The position numbers and the translations under genes were made by a program. A stretch of 64,000 nucleotides of DNA from Octopus vulgaris (Eukaryota). Positions 45,435 through 59,038 of the stretch are shown one piece after another. The stretch spans positions 14,322,001-14,386,000 of the forward strand of contig OX597832.1 in the NCBI GenBank assembly GCA_951406725.2, read 5' to 3'. The stretch's first letter is position 1. Every line of letters begins with the position of its first letter. The notes beneath the pieces are model-generated. The model saw only the letters and a program-made list of their open reading frames with translations. It was not told the DNA's origin and did not search any database.

Positions 45435-46130
45435 GCCACCCACACCGACATACACATGAGGTCACAACCACAAATCAAACATAAGGATTCAAATCTAGAG
45501 AAATACATGGCTGAGTGGGTTTGGTATTAGGCTCATGATCATAACTTCGTCAGTTCGATTCGCGCCAGCACAATATGTTCTACAGCTGAACAGTTTAATT
45601 TACAGTGCTCTATTACCGTCACCTAGAAAAAATGAGTTATTCATATAATTCAAAAGGGCTAGACCTGTGACACTATCACACCGAAAACTAAGTTATGTGT
45701 ATGCATGTCTGTTGAGTGCCCAGGCTCTTGCAAGTTCATGTCACGAACTTTGCTCCAGTTGCTCCGTTCTGTTGAACTTTGTTCCAGTTCCTCCGTTGAG
45801 AGATATATTAATATGGTTTATTTAAATGCAGGAGAAATAAAACAAAACCTGCTGCTCTATTTAAAAGCAGTAGAAAGGAACACAGAGATAAACAGGTAGG
45901 TGGCTAGTGATCTATTATGACGAATGCCGGACAAAGGGGTCACAGAGGAGAACTAGTAAGAAGAGGAGAAATTCTAAAGTCAAGTGGGGTTTGAAGTTAG
46001 AGTATTTGCAGGGAAGCACTCGACTCGAATACTAGGCTTTGAACTCTGCCATTTTCCAGGCCAAAGCTGAAATTCTTCAGGGATAGGAAATAAAAGTTTC
46101 ACGCCGATTATGCATTATAATATATACATA

Positions 46131-46198
<68 letters not shown>

Positions 46199-46250
46199 CA
46201 TATATAAACATATACATATATACATATATATATATATATATGTATGTATG

Positions 46251-46291
<41 letters not shown>

Positions 46292-47294
46292 TGAGAGAGA
46301 GAGAGAGGGGCAGAAAGAAAGACAGGAAGGAAGAAAGAGAAAGTGACAGACTGATAGACTAACAGACAGACATTCCAGAGTTCCACCCAGTGCTGGAAGC
46401 TATTAATTGCCAACCTAGCATATTCTTACGAATGAACGCAATCATCTACTCTCAGTATAAGTAAAAAAAGATTCATGAGACATGAACCGCTTTCAGTGTT
46501 GAACCTTACGTAAGTAAAAATATTATTCAGAACAACCAGAATGAAAGATATCTAATATTCAATGAACGCCAGCATACCAAATATATATTTCGTTTACAGT
46601 TTAAAACGGATATCGTGAAGGTTTCGACATCCGGGCACTACAATTTAATCCGACATTGTCAACAGCGTTAAAGAAATGTGATGTATGTGAGTCATATGAC
46701 AAGGAACAGGAGAGAAATTTTTGTGTAATATTTCAACTTCAACAAAACTGCCTATTACAAAAGCTAGAATTCCATATACACAAAATTCTAAGCTAGAATT
46801 TAAGAAGTAATATCAATGAAGCCAGGAAATTTTTCCCAAATAAGGGCATTGATACCTCAGGGTTTGTTGAACAATATAGAACTTGCGAACTAAATATATT
46901 GCACTAAGATTAGTAAATAACCAGCACAGCCTTAAAGTAGGATTTTAAATGTATAGATTGAATAAAACACATCGACCTACACATATTCTGTTTTGCATTC
47001 TGAAGCACATCCCAGATTTGAAAACATGTTGAGAACCTTCTAAGTGCGAACTAGGGGAAGGTTTATTCATTAAACCATGATTTGAAATTCGAGGTTCCTA
47101 CATAAAAATGTAGCCCTATTAAACCCTTTATATGATAATGTGCGTGAGAGCCGGAGAGAGAGAAAGAGAGAGAAAGGAAGATACATATTGTGCATGTACA
47201 TAAATTTCTCATCTCTTTCAATTTATATATAGATACATACATATATATCACTAGTAATGATATTCATACGAATAATATCTATTGGTGTATTAAA

Positions 47295-48140
47295 TGCAAG
47301 GTCTGTTCAAAACGCATTTGGGCTGGTGCTATAAAAAGTATACCACAACACAAAAATTTGGCATTTAATCTCTTTTGAAGTAGTTCGCATCAGAAACCAC
47401 ACACATTATCCAGCGTTGTTTCCATTGATGGAATCGTTCCTGGAAATCCTTTTTGGTGATAGCGAGAACTTTCCGCGTCGCAGTCACTTAAATTTCCGCG
47501 TCGACGTCCTTAAATTTCTTATCTTTCAAGTGAGATTTCATTTATGAAAAGAGGAAAACGTCTCACGGAGCGAGATCTTGAGAATATGATGATTGTTAGA
47601 CCCGAGGAATATTGGACTTGACCAAAAGTGCTGCAAATGAAAGCAGTTTCGCTAAAACTTGGAAGACATGCAATTCACACGCAAATCTTCAGTGGTAATG
47701 GACGGTACTGAACAGTAACTAAAGTTAACATACTTAGATTACACACGCATAGTTATTCGAATGTATTTCGAAACAGTTACACTTACATCTCCGATGTTTT
47801 CATCTGATCAGCTGGTCACGGGTCTCCCACAACGTGGATCACTGTCCATATTTTTAGTAGAACACCTTAAAGACATTTGACATACTTGTACATTTATCTC
47901 CCGTTTATAAACTCCCTACACTTTGCAGAGGTCGTTAAGCAGATGTCACTAAACTTTGTTTGTTCAAAATTGTTGCTTCATTTTCTCGATGACATGACCA
48001 CACTCAACACACCATAATTCCAAGAACTACTATAAAAGTGGAAGTGAGCAAGAACGTTATAACATGATGTGCATGTGAGGTAGAACGCAACGTCAGGCTT
48101 TGCGAGGCGGTTTTACTTTGCGTAATTTACCTCGAGCGTA
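47295..48140 (-). pseudogene. Decayed mariner element
   Basis: Minus strand QSSYSQDLAP*DVFLF matches the mariner PYSPDLAPSDFFLF motif. Confidence 0.7.
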
Positions 48141-48694
48141 AAATAGAAGACAACTACCCAAGGTGCCATGGGGTCGGATCGACCTCTCAACCAAATGGTT
48201 GGGAAGCGAATACATTATCTCATTATGTATGTGTGCTTAATGGGTGTAGGTTTGTAAGCGCGTGTTAAATGTGTATATGGAAAATGTAGTTTAAGACCTC
48301 TTTGCTCGCTAGGAAACGCAATTTACGTGTTTACAACAAAAGCATTTTCGTATCGTAACCAGAAACACATGCTACTTATCTGAGGATTTTCTTGCGTTGT
48401 GACATTTTTAAATGAGAAACAATACGAATATCCTGTTCGTTGAAGCATTATTAGCTTCTAACAAGCGAGTGTGGTGCTTACCGGGTTGAACCGAACTACA
48501 CAATGTAAAAAGAAACGGTTGCTTGGGCGATTTCATTTATTTCTAGCAATCTGAACTATTGCGTACATTGCTAGCAGCAACTTCATAATGTTTAGCTTAG
48601 AATTTCAGCATTCCTTGTCAAAGAACTGAAGAAGTCCTCGAAGAAGTAGATACAGTTCTTTACTCTAATGCCTATTCGAAAATGTATGAATTTC

Positions 48695-48920
48695 ATTCAT
48701 ATGTAGACATGGTCATTCACACACACACAAACACACACATACAAAAACACACACATTACATAAAAATACACCCACGCAGACACACTCACACACGCATAAA
48801 AACACGCACGCTGCAGTATGAGTATGAGGGTATTTACATGAATGTATGTATATACTGATAAACGTGTGCAAGCCTGTGCATAAGTGTAGCTATGGAGGTG
48901 TATATATATGGAGTACGAAT
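48695..48920 (+). repeat. Flank segment duplicated on the far side of the PLE array
   Basis: Recurs in direct orientation at 62234-62404 (partial) and 62415-62640, with one A>G difference. Confidence 0.92.
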
Positions 48921-49018
48921 ATGCTCCTGTATATATACATAAGTGTATGTATATACATATATATGCATATATATCTATATCTATCTATCTATCTATCTAT
49001 CTACCTATATATATATAA

Positions 49019-49078
<60 letters not shown>

Positions 49079-49125
49079 TTATGTATATATGTATATATAT
49101 ATATATACATATATACATATATATA

Positions 49126-49867
49126 TACGTTTAAATATTTGTTGTGCAAGATTTTTTATGTGAAGTCGTGTGTTGAAACAGATATTGTTATATTTCGGAA
49201 TGGTCATAATGCCAGTTTAGCCAATAAAAACACACGCACTATATATTTGGTGTTATTTTGCTTCAGTGATATTTATTTTTTACATTAATCTTAATCTTAT
49301 TTCGGCCAAAGTTCTTTCGTCACACTCCTGTGACCGCATCAGTGGTCCTTTGTTTTCTTCTCACTTACTTGTGTCTCTCCTTACTAACCGTCAGCCATTT
49401 TGTATTTCTATTGTATGTCTTCATTTGCGCATGCTTATATCTCTATGTGCGTCTATGTTTATTTAGTGTGTGTGGGGGGGGATGTCTGTAATATTTGTAT
49501 CTTCTGGTTATATACATTCTTGTAATTTGTATTTTGTTTTTGTTGTTGTTGCTTTTGTTCTAATTTTGTTCATGTGTTTACATCCACCCATTATTATCAT
49601 TACATATGCTTGTATGTATGTATAACAACAATATTAGTAATAATAATAATAAATCTAATCGAGAAAAAAAAAAAAAAAAAGAATATACATATACATATAT
49701 ATATATATATATACATACACATACATATACATATATATATATACATATATACACACATATATACACATATACATATACATATATATACACATATACATAC
49801 ACATAGATATTCATTTCTATTTCTTTAATTACCTGTGTATTTATTATGTTTGCAGGATCCACTATTG
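49126..49867 (-). repeat. Terminal pseudo-LTR (inter-ORF region plus ORF-start tail); repeated at ~53713-54454 and ~58302-59038
   Basis: Same sequence as the inter-ORF spacers; contains a T-run and a TA/TG microsatellite on the sense strand. Confidence 0.9.
49304..49348 (-). ncRNA. Hammerhead-like motif in the PLE pseudo-LTR (non-canonical)
   Basis: GGACCA-CUGAUGCG-GUCAC-AGGAGU-GUGAC-GAAA-GAAC-UU-UGGCC; the core deviates from CUGANGA. Confidence 0.35.
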
Positions 49868-52800
49868 TCATATGTTGTGGTGTGCGCTATTGCTCCATTC
49901 TAGTTTTCTATTCAGGCTAGGTTTATTTTCTATTATATGTGTAGCTTCTGTAATTTGTCTAATTGTTGCATCTGTTCTATGTGTGGACAATATCTTAATC
50001 TCTATGTTATTGATTGATCCCCCGTGTTCTTGTTCGGCGTGTTGGTACAGAATCGATGAGCTTTTACCTTCCTTGAGTTGTCTCCAATGTTCATTCACCC
50101 GCTCACCAATGCTTCTTGCAGTTTCCCCTACGTATGTTACTGTCTTGTTACTGCATCGTCCCTCTATACATCTTATACTATAGACCACATTTCTGGCTTT
50201 ACAGTTCGTTTGTGGGCTAAATCTACATACAGTGCAATAGTTATCCGTACAGAGAGTTCTACTAAAAGGATAGGTTCTACCAATTATAGATCTGATAGGG
50301 TTGCCTGGCTTTTCAACAACCTTAATTCTTAGTTTAAGTTTATCTAGGGTCCTTCTAAAGCGGTACGCTAGTTCACCTCCAGGGGTGGTGTCAACGAACA
50401 TGACACTCTGGTATTTATGGCTATCATACCAAGAGTTGGCCTTCCTTATTTTCTTTTTTGTCCTTTCTATAGTGTTCCATGACTTGTTCCTATAGAGTGG
50501 GCAAATCCCATTCCTATCATTACATAATATATTATCAAATTTCTTCATGGCTCCTTTGTATACTCTGATCCTTTCTTTATGGCTGTAACCTGAGAACTGC
50601 ATGCGGTGAATGAAATACTGTATGTGTCTCTTTAATTCTGTAGGCTCGCACATGCGTGACACATTTCTCATTATTCTGACGAGGTCTGCCATCAAAATAT
50701 TGAATTTGGCATTGCCCGCAATGGCTGAGTTCCGGTGGATCAGGTATTTTGAGGCCATAGGTTTTGCATAGTATGAATGAAGGATTTGGGTTTTATTTTT
50801 CACAATTTCTAGCCAGAGTTCAGTGTCTAGTACTGGTAGTCTATGGTTGGGGTGTTTAGTGGGGTAGTCTATTGTGACCTTAATACTCTGGTGGATGGAG
50901 TTAGCTATTTGCTGGATGCTCTCCATAGTATTAGTTTCTATTACTATATCAACCGTACTCTCTTGTGGGGGTGCCTTTACTACTATATTGATATCATCAA
51001 CATAGCGAGAGTACATGTTTACGAGTATGGATTTCTGCAGTAGGCATTCTTTAAGCCTTCTGTCCCACCATACCATGAAGAGGTTGGCCACATCACCAGC
51101 GATACTAACACCGATGGCTGCCCCCTCGTCCTGGGCATATATTTTATTATTAAATTTAAATGTGTGGCCTTTTAGGGTAACTCTTATACTAGCTCCTAGT
51201 GCATGTGCGATCATTTTCTTTACCTGATGGACATTTGCGGGGCTCCGTATGGCTCTGGTCCATCCGCGCCATCTTTCTATATGTGTCTTCCTAGCCATAG
51301 AAGTAATTGTAGGCGGTCTACCTCTTAAACATCTACTGGGGCAGAAACTACTAAGATTATGTTTATCTAAGTATTCACTATTATATGTCAGTCTAAGTAG
51401 GAGGCCCAGTTCTTCTGTGTCGACATTACAGAACTCCACCTGGCTCTCGTTGATCATCTCCACGCACTTCTCCACTGCAAAATCTACGTCAATCGATGGG
51501 TATAGGGATACCACATCCATGCTACCTACTATACATCCTGTCAAGTCACAAGTTTTGTTACAGTCACTGATCCTGCTTAGGAGATCTTCTGTGCTGTCAC
51601 ATACAGCAGGTGACATCCTGATTATAGGGCGTATGATCATTGAGAGGAAGTAGGAGATTCTGTAATTGCTAGCGATATTCGCTCCACAGACTGGTCTTGT
51701 TGGTGGTCCTGCTATAGGGTCAGTAAAACCTTTATGGTCCTTGCGAAGTCCATACAGTGCCGGGATATCATTGTTCCAGGCTTGGAAATTCTTTGCAGTA
51801 CGTTTCTGAGGTCCCAGAACAATTGTCCACATCATCATGTGGGCATTGAGGACCTTTTCTCTCTCCTCATGCGCCTGTACAGTTGTTACTTTTGTATTGG
51901 CGATATGAGGTTGCATTGCCTGGATGTAGTTCGGTAAGCTGTCTATTGACATCCTGCCTGACTTATCCGTGGGAAGGCATATCACCTCTCCGTTCCTCGT
52001 GCGCTGAATGAGCTTCTGTAGGCCACATGCAGGTTTAATCCCTAGTTGTTGGGCATCTGTCTTATTCTGTCTCTGTCTCTTAATGTATAAACCTAAAATC
52101 TGTCTAAGTTTGGTCCTAGCTATAGTGAACTGTGCTTCCATGTGGTCATTAGTACGTCTTGGGATGTATACCCTTTTGTTGAAGGGTAATGTTGTTGGAT
52201 AAATTCGGTTCATGCAGTAAGTTTTGTCGCATACGTTGAAGAATTGAGTGTCAAAGGGATGGGTATACATGTCAATGGTCTCTCTAGGGTTATCTTCATT
52301 ATCGTTACTGTTTCCAACATCAGCCTTCCTATTATTATTATCACCATTACCACTACTACTACTACTACTAGTATTCCTATTACCACCACAACTATCACTA
52401 CTATCCTCATTACTACTTCTACTGTTACCATCACCACTACTACTACCACTATTATTGTTATTACCTTTATTCCTACCATTGCCATTATTACTATCATCGC
52501 TAGTGATATATTCATTGTTCCTGTTTCTGGTGTATGTGTTGTTTATATTAGTGTTGGGTTTTATGTCTGTCTGTTGGTCCCTGTCAATCCCCTTGTTGCG
52601 GTCGTTATTTTTGTTCCTATGAATATTGTTATCTGTTTCAAGTCCGCTGACTCCCTGTCCAAGGATCCTGTTGCATTCAACTTTATTCTCCATCGTGACC
52701 CCTATGACACAACTTTTATTCGTGTTTTTGTGACTATGGCTATCTGTGTGTGTGTTTGTGTGTCTGTTCTCCCTATAATTGTTGTTGTTGTTGCTGTTGT

Positions 52801-53794
52801 ATACGATTTTTCTCTCTCTGTTTGTGTTTTTGTTTTTGTATCTATTGTTTGTGTCTATGCATACATTTTTTCTATTGTTATTGTTGTTGTCGCTGTTAGG
52901 GTTCGTGTTGTTGTTGTTGTTGCCGCTGTTAGGGTTCGTGTTGCTTTTGTTGCTACGGTTGTTATTGTTGCGGTCATTATTGTTTGTGTTGTTGTTGCTG
53001 CGGTTAGTGTTTTTCGCGTTGTTGTTGTTGTCGCAAGTGTTGTTGTCATAGTATCTATTTAAATTCCAACGTATTTTTGTGAACGACTTTTCAATCTCGG
53101 ACAGGCATTTGATGGTATTCACTTTACTATACACTGCATACTTTGGTGGTAGTTGAAGTATCGATATTTCATCTGGGTCCGTTGTTACTCCCCCATAGAT
53201 GTTCGCTTCATTGTCTTTATTGAACTCTTCTGGTAGTAGCACATCTTCCATAATAATTCCATTTATTGTATCTGGATACTTCTGCTTTTCTTCCTTTGCG
53301 AGCTCATATTGACGTTTCTGTTTCAACCACGATAACTTCCTCTTAAAATGGATATTGCATTGGTGTATTACATGTCTGTTTTCTTCATATATTATATCCA
53401 TTATTAAGGTTTTCTCCTTTCGTGTGGTGATACTTTTAATTTCTTTTAAAAATATACGTTTACGCTTCTCTTGTTCGCTCAGCTCTCTGTATATTCTATT
53501 TCTAATATTTACCATTAGCGTCCTTTTTAGTCTTTCCGCTTGTCCGTTAGTGAGGTCAAGCCGTTTAACGTTGGCTGTGACCTTGTTGATACATATCCTG
53601 GACGAGACACATTGTTTTATAAAACGAAGCTGTTGCGTTGTCACAGTTTTCTTTAGGCAACAAAATATAGTGTTCTTCAGCATCTTGCAAGCCTGGCTGT
53701 GGCTCACGTTAGTACGTTTAAATATTTGTTGTGCAAGATTTTTTATGTGAAGTCGTGTGTTGAAACAGATATTGTTATATTTCGGAATGGTCAT
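49868..53794 (-). CDS. Intact Penelope-like element polyprotein (N-terminal domain, Asn/Ser-rich linker, RT, Cys-rich linker, GIY-YIG endonuclease), 1308 aa
   Basis: RT motifs [47 protein letters not shown]; CxxxxCxxC linker; VVYSIRC...YVGET.R...R..EH...E...PSLN endonuclease. Confidence 0.93.
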   Translation of the reverse strand: MTIPKYNNICFNTRLHIKNLAQQIFKRTNVSHSQACKMLKNTIFCCLKKTVTTQQLRFIKQCVSSRICINKVTANVKRLDLTNGQAERLKRTLMVNIRNRIYRELSEQEKRKRIFLKEIKSITTRKEKTLIMDIIYEENRHVIHQCNIHFKRKLSWLKQKRQYELAKEEKQKYPDTINGIIMEDVLLPEEFNKDNEANIYGGVTTDPDEISILQLPPKYAVYSKVNTIKCLSEIEKSFTKIRWNLNRYYDNNTCDNNNNAKNTNRSNNNTNNNDRNNNNRSNKSNTNPNSGNNNNNTNPNSDNNNNNRKNVCIDTNNRYKNKNTNRERKIVYNSNNNNNYRENRHTNTHTDSHSHKNTNKSCVIGVTMENKVECNRILGQGVSGLETDNNIHRNKNNDRNKGIDRDQQTDIKPNTNINNTYTRNRNNEYITSDDSNNGNGRNKGNNNNSGSSSGDGNSRSSNEDSSDSCGGNRNTSSSSSSGNGDNNNRKADVGNSNDNEDNPRETIDMYTHPFDTQFFNVCDKTYCMNRIYPTTLPFNKRVYIPRRTNDHMEAQFTIARTKLRQILGLYIKRQRQNKTDAQQLGIKPACGLQKLIQRTRNGEVICLPTDKSGRMSIDSLPNYIQAMQPHIANTKVTTVQAHEEREKVLNAHMMMWTIVLGPQKRTAKNFQAWNNDIPALYGLRKDHKGFTDPIAGPPTRPVCGANIASNYRISYFLSMIIRPIIRMSPAVCDSTEDLLSRISDCNKTCDLTGCIVGSMDVVSLYPSIDVDFAVEKCVEMINESQVEFCNVDTEELGLLLRLTYNSEYLDKHNLSSFCPSRCLRGRPPTITSMARKTHIERWRGWTRAIRSPANVHQVKKMIAHALGASIRVTLKGHTFKFNNKIYAQDEGAAIGVSIAGDVANLFMVWWDRRLKECLLQKSILVNMYSRYVDDINIVVKAPPQESTVDIVIETNTMESIQQIANSIHQSIKVTIDYPTKHPNHRLPVLDTELWLEIVKNKTQILHSYYAKPMASKYLIHRNSAIAGNAKFNILMADLVRIMRNVSRMCEPTELKRHIQYFIHRMQFSGYSHKERIRVYKGAMKKFDNILCNDRNGICPLYRNKSWNTIERTKKKIRKANSWYDSHKYQSVMFVDTTPGGELAYRFRRTLDKLKLRIKVVEKPGNPIRSIIGRTYPFSRTLCTDNYCTVCRFSPQTNCKARNVVYSIRCIEGRCSNKTVTYVGETARSIGERVNEHWRQLKEGKSSSILYQHAEQEHGGSINNIEIKILSTHRTDATIRQITEATHIIENKPSLNRKLEWSNSAHHNI

Positions 53795-54454
53795 ATTGCC
53801 AGTTTAGCCAATAAAAACACACGCACTATATATTTGGTGTTATTTTGCTTCAGTGATATTTATTTTTTACATTAATCTTAATCTTATTTCGGCTAAAGTT
53901 CTTTCGTCACACTCCTGTGACCGCATCAGTGGTCCTTTGTTTTCTTCTCACTTACTTGTGTCTCTCCTTACTAACCGTCAGCCATTTTGTATTTCTATTG
54001 TATGTCTTCATTTGCGCATGCTTATATCTCTATGTGCGTCTATGTTTATTTAGTGTGTGTGGGGGGGATGTCTGTAATATTTGTATCTTCTGGTTATATA
54101 CATTCTTGTAATTTGTATTTTGTTTTTGTTGTTGTTGCTTTTGTTCTAATTTTGTTCATGTGTTTACATCCACCCATTATTATCATTACATATGCTTGTA
54201 TGTATGTATAACAACAATATTAGTAATAATAATAATAAATCTAATCGAGAAAAAAAAAAAAAAAAAAAAGAATATACATATACATATATATATATATATA
54301 CATACACATACATATACATATATATATATACATATATACACACATATATACACATATACATATACATATATATACACATATACATACACATAGATATTCA
54401 TTTCTATTTCTTTAATTACCTGTGTATTTATTATGTTTGCAGGATCCACTATTG

Positions 54455-57400
54455 TCATATGTTGTGGTGTGCGCTATTGCTCCATTCTAGTTTTCTATTC
54501 AGGCTAGGTTTATTTTCTATTATATGTGTAGCTTCTGTAATTTGTCTAATTGTTGCATCTGTTCTATGTGTGGACAATATCTTAATCTCTATGTTATTGA
54601 TTGATCCCCCGTGTTCTTGTTCGGCGTGTTGGTACAGAATCGATGAGCTTTTACCTTCCTTGAGTTGTCTCCAATGTTCATTCACCCGCTCACCAATGCT
54701 TCTTGCAGTTTCCCCTACGTATGTTACTGTCTTGTTACTGCATCGTCCCTCTATACATCTTATACTATAGACCACATTTCTGGCTTTACAGTTCGTTTGT
54801 GGGCTAAATCTACATACAGTGCAATAGTTATCCGTACAGAGAGTTCTACTAAAAGGATAGGTTCTACCAATTATAGATCTGATAGGGTTGCCTGGCTTTT
54901 CAACAACCTTAATTCTTAGTTTAAGTTTATCTAGGGTCCTTCTAAAGCGGTACGCTAGTTCACCTCCAGGGGTGGTGTCAACGAACATGACACTCTGGTA
55001 TTTATGGCTATCATACCAAGAGTTGGCCTTCCTTATTTTCTTTTTTGTCCTTTCTATAGTGTTCCATGACTTGTTCCTATAGAGTGGGCAAATCCCATTC
55101 CTATCATTACATAATATATTATCAAATTTCTTCATGGCTCCTTTGTATACTCTGATCCTTTCTTTATGGCTGTAACCTGAGAACTGCATGCGGTGAATGA
55201 AATACTGTATGTGTCTCTTTAATTCTGTAGGCTCGCACATGCGTGACACATTTCTCATTATTCTGACGAGGTCTGCCATCAAAATATTGAATTTGGCATT
55301 GCCCGCAATGGCTGAGTTCCGGTGGATCAGGTATTTTGAGGCCATAGGTTTTGCATAGTATGAATGAAGGATTTGGGTTTTATTTTTCACAATTTCTAGC
55401 CAGAGTTCAGTGTCTAGTACTGGTAGTCTATGGTTGGGGTGTTTAGTGGGGTAGTCTAATGTGACCTTAATACTCTGGTGGATGGAGTTAGCTATTTGCT
55501 GGATGCTCTCCATAGTATTAGTTTCTATTACTATATCAACCGTACTCTCTTGTGGGGGTGCATTTACTACTATATTGATATCATCAACATAGCGAGAGTA
55601 CATGTTTACGAGTATGGATTTATGCAGTAAGCATTCTTTAAGCCTTCTGTCCCACCATACCATGAAGAGGTTGGCCACATCACCAGCGATACTAACACCG
55701 ATGGCTGCCCCCTCGTCCTGGGCATATATTTTATTATTAAATTTAAATGTGTGGCCTTTTAGGGTAACTCTTATACTAGCTCCTAGTGCATGTGCGATCA
55801 TTTTCTTTACCTGATGGACATTTGCGGGGCTCCGTATGGCTCTGGTCCATCCGCGCCATCTTTCTATATGTGTCTTCCTAGCCATAGAAGTAATTGTAGG
55901 CGGTCTACCTCTTAAACATCTACTGGGGCAGAAACTACTAAGATTATGTTTATCTAAGTATTCACTATTATATGTCAGTCTAAGTAGGAGGCCCAGTTCT
56001 TCTGTGTCGACATTACAGAACTCCACCTGGCTCTCGTTGATCATCTCCACGCACTTCTCCACTGCAAAATCTACGTCAATCGATGGGTATAGGGATACCA
56101 CATCCATGCTACCTACTATACATCCTGTCAAGTCACAAGTTTTGTTACAGTCACTGATCCTGCTTAGGAGATCTTCTGTGCTGTCACATACATCAGGTGA
56201 CATCCTGATTATAGGGCGTATGATCATTGAGAGGAAGTAGGAGATTCTGTAATTGCTAGCGATATTCGCTCCACAGACTGGTCTTGTTGGTGGTCCTGCT
56301 ATAGGGTCAGTAAAACCTTTATGGTCCTTGCGAAGTCCATACAGTGCCGGGATATCATTGTTCCAGGCTTGGAAATTCTTTGCAGTACGTTTCTGAGGTC
56401 CCAGAACAATTGTCCACATCATCATGTGGGCATTGAGGACCTTTTCTCTCTCCTCATGCGCCTGTACAGTTGTTACTTTTGTATTGGCGATATGAGGTTG
56501 CATTGCCTGGATGTAGTTCGGTAAGCTGTCTATTGACATCCTGCCTGACTTATCCGTGGGAAGGCATATCACCTCTCCGTTCCTCGTGCGCTGAATGAGC
56601 TTCTGTAGGCCACATGCAGGTTTAATCCCTAGTTGTTGGGCATCTGTCTTATTCTGTCTCTGTCTCTTAATGTATAAACCTAAAATCTGTCTAAGTTTGG
56701 TCCTAGCTATAGTGAACTGTGCTTCCATGTGGTCATTAGTACGTCTTGGGATGTATACCCTTTTGTTGAAGGGTAATGTTGTTGGATAAATTCGGTTCAT
56801 GCAGTAAGTTTTGTCGCATACGTTGAAGAATTGAGTGTCAAAGGGATGGGTATACATGTCAATGGTCTCTCTAGGGTTATCTTCATTATCGTTACTGTTT
56901 CCAACATCAGCCTTCCTATTATTATTATCACCATTACCACTACTACTACTACTACTAGTATTCCTATTACCACCACAACTATCACTACTATCCTCATTAC
57001 TACTTCTACTGTTACCATCACCACTACTACTACCACTATTATTGTTATTACCTTTATTCCTACCATTGCCATTATTACTATCATCGCTAGTGATATATTC
57101 ATTGTTCCTGTTTCTGGTGTATGTGTTGTTTATATTAGTGTTGGGTTTTATGTCTGTCTGTTGGTCCCTGTCAATCCCCTTGTTGCGGTCGTTATTTTTG
57201 TTCCTATGAATATTGTTATCTGTTTCAAGTCCGCTGACTCCCTGTCCAAGGATCCTGTTGCATTCAACTTTATTCTCCATCGTGACCCCTATGACACAAC
57301 TTTTATTCGTGTTTTTGTGACTATGGCTATCTGTGTGTGTGTGTTTGTGTGTCGGTTCTCCCTATAATTGTTGTTGTTGTTGCTGTTGTATACGATTTTT

Positions 57401-58383
57401 CTCTCTCTGTTTGTGTTTTTGTTTTTGTATCTATTGTTTGTGTCTATGCATACATTTTTTCTATTGTTATTGTTGTTGTCGCTGTTAGGGTTCGTGTTGT
57501 TGTTGTTGTTGCCGCTGTTAGGGTTCGTGTTGCTTTTGTTGCTACGGTTGTTATTGTTGCGGTCATTATTGTTTGTGTTGTTGTTGCTGCGGTTAGTGTT
57601 TTTCGCGTTGTTGTTGTTGTCGCAAGTGTTGTTGTCATAGTATCTATTTAAATTCCAACGTATTTTTGTGAACGACTTTTCAATCTCGGACAGGCATTTG
57701 ATGGTATTCACTTTACTATACACTGCATACTTTGGTGGTAGTTGAAGTATCGATATTTCATCTGGGTCCGTTGTTACTCCCCCATAGATGTTCGCTTCAT
57801 TGTCTTTATTGAACTCTTCTGGTAGTAGCACATCTTCCATAATAATTCCATTTATTGTATCTGGATACTTCTGCTTTTCTTCCTTTGCGAGCTCATATTG
57901 ACGTTTCTGTTTCAACCACGATAACTTCCTCTTAAAATGGATATTGCATTGGTGTATTACATGTCTGTTTTCTTCATATATTATATCCATTATTAAGGTT
58001 TTCTCCTTTCGTGTGGTGATACTTTTAATTTCTTTTAAAAATATACGTTTACGCTTCTCTTGTTCGCTCAGCTCTCTGTATATTCTATTTCTAATATTTA
58101 CCATTAGCGTCCTTTTTAGTCTTTCCGCTTGTCCGTTAGTGAGGTCAAGCCGTTTAACGTTGGCTGTGACCTTGTTGATACATATCCTGGACGAGACACA
58201 TTGTTTTATAAAACGAAGCTGTTGCGTTGTCACAGTTTTCTTTAGGCAACAAAATATAGTGTTCTTCAGCATCTTGCAAGCCTGGCTGTGGCTCACGTTA
58301 ATACGTTTAAATATTTGTTGTGCAAGATTTTTTATGTGAAGTCGTGTGTTGAAACAGATATTGTTATATTTCGGAATGGTCAT
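54455..58383 (-). pseudogene. PLE ORF copy 2, frameshifted by a +2 TG slip near 57335 (split into 364-aa and 941-aa ORFs)
   Basis: CTGTGTGTGTGTGTTTG here versus CTGTGTGTGTGTTTG in copies 1 and 3; the downstream part keeps the complete RT and endonuclease. Confidence 0.88.
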
Positions 58384-59038
58384 ATTGCCAGTTTAGCCAA
58401 TAAAAACACACGCACTATATATTTGGTGTTATTTTGCTTCAGTGATATTTATTTTTTACATTAATCTTAATCTTATTTCGGCCAAAGTTCTTTCGTCACA
58501 CTCCTGTGACCGCATCAGTGGTCCTTTGTTTTCTTCTCACTTACTTCTGTCTCTCCTTACTAACCGTCAGCCATTTTGTATTTCTATTGTATGTCTTCAT
58601 TTGCGCATGCTTATATCTCTATGTGCGTCTATGTTTATTTAGTGTGTGTGGGGGGGATGTCTGTAATATTTGTATCTTCTGGTTATATACATTCTTGTAA
58701 TTTGTATTTTGTTTTTGTTGTTGTTGCTTTTGTTCTAATTTTGTTCATGTGTTTACATCCACCCATTATTATCATTACATATGCTTGTATGTATGTATAA
58801 CAACAATATTAGTAATAATAATAATAAATCTAATCGAAAAAAAAAAAAAAAAAGAATATACATATACATATATATATATATATACATACACATACATATA
58901 CATATATATATATACATATATACACACATATATACACATATACATATACATATATATACACATATACATACACATAGATATTCATTTCTATTTCTTTAAT
59001 TACCTGTGTATTTATTATGTTTGCAGGATCCACTATTG

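Noticed and set aside
52244-53062. 272-aa hydrophobic antisense ORF, repeated in each PLE unit
   Set aside because: It is the reverse-strand shadow of the AAC/AGT-rich linker; no independent coding evidence.
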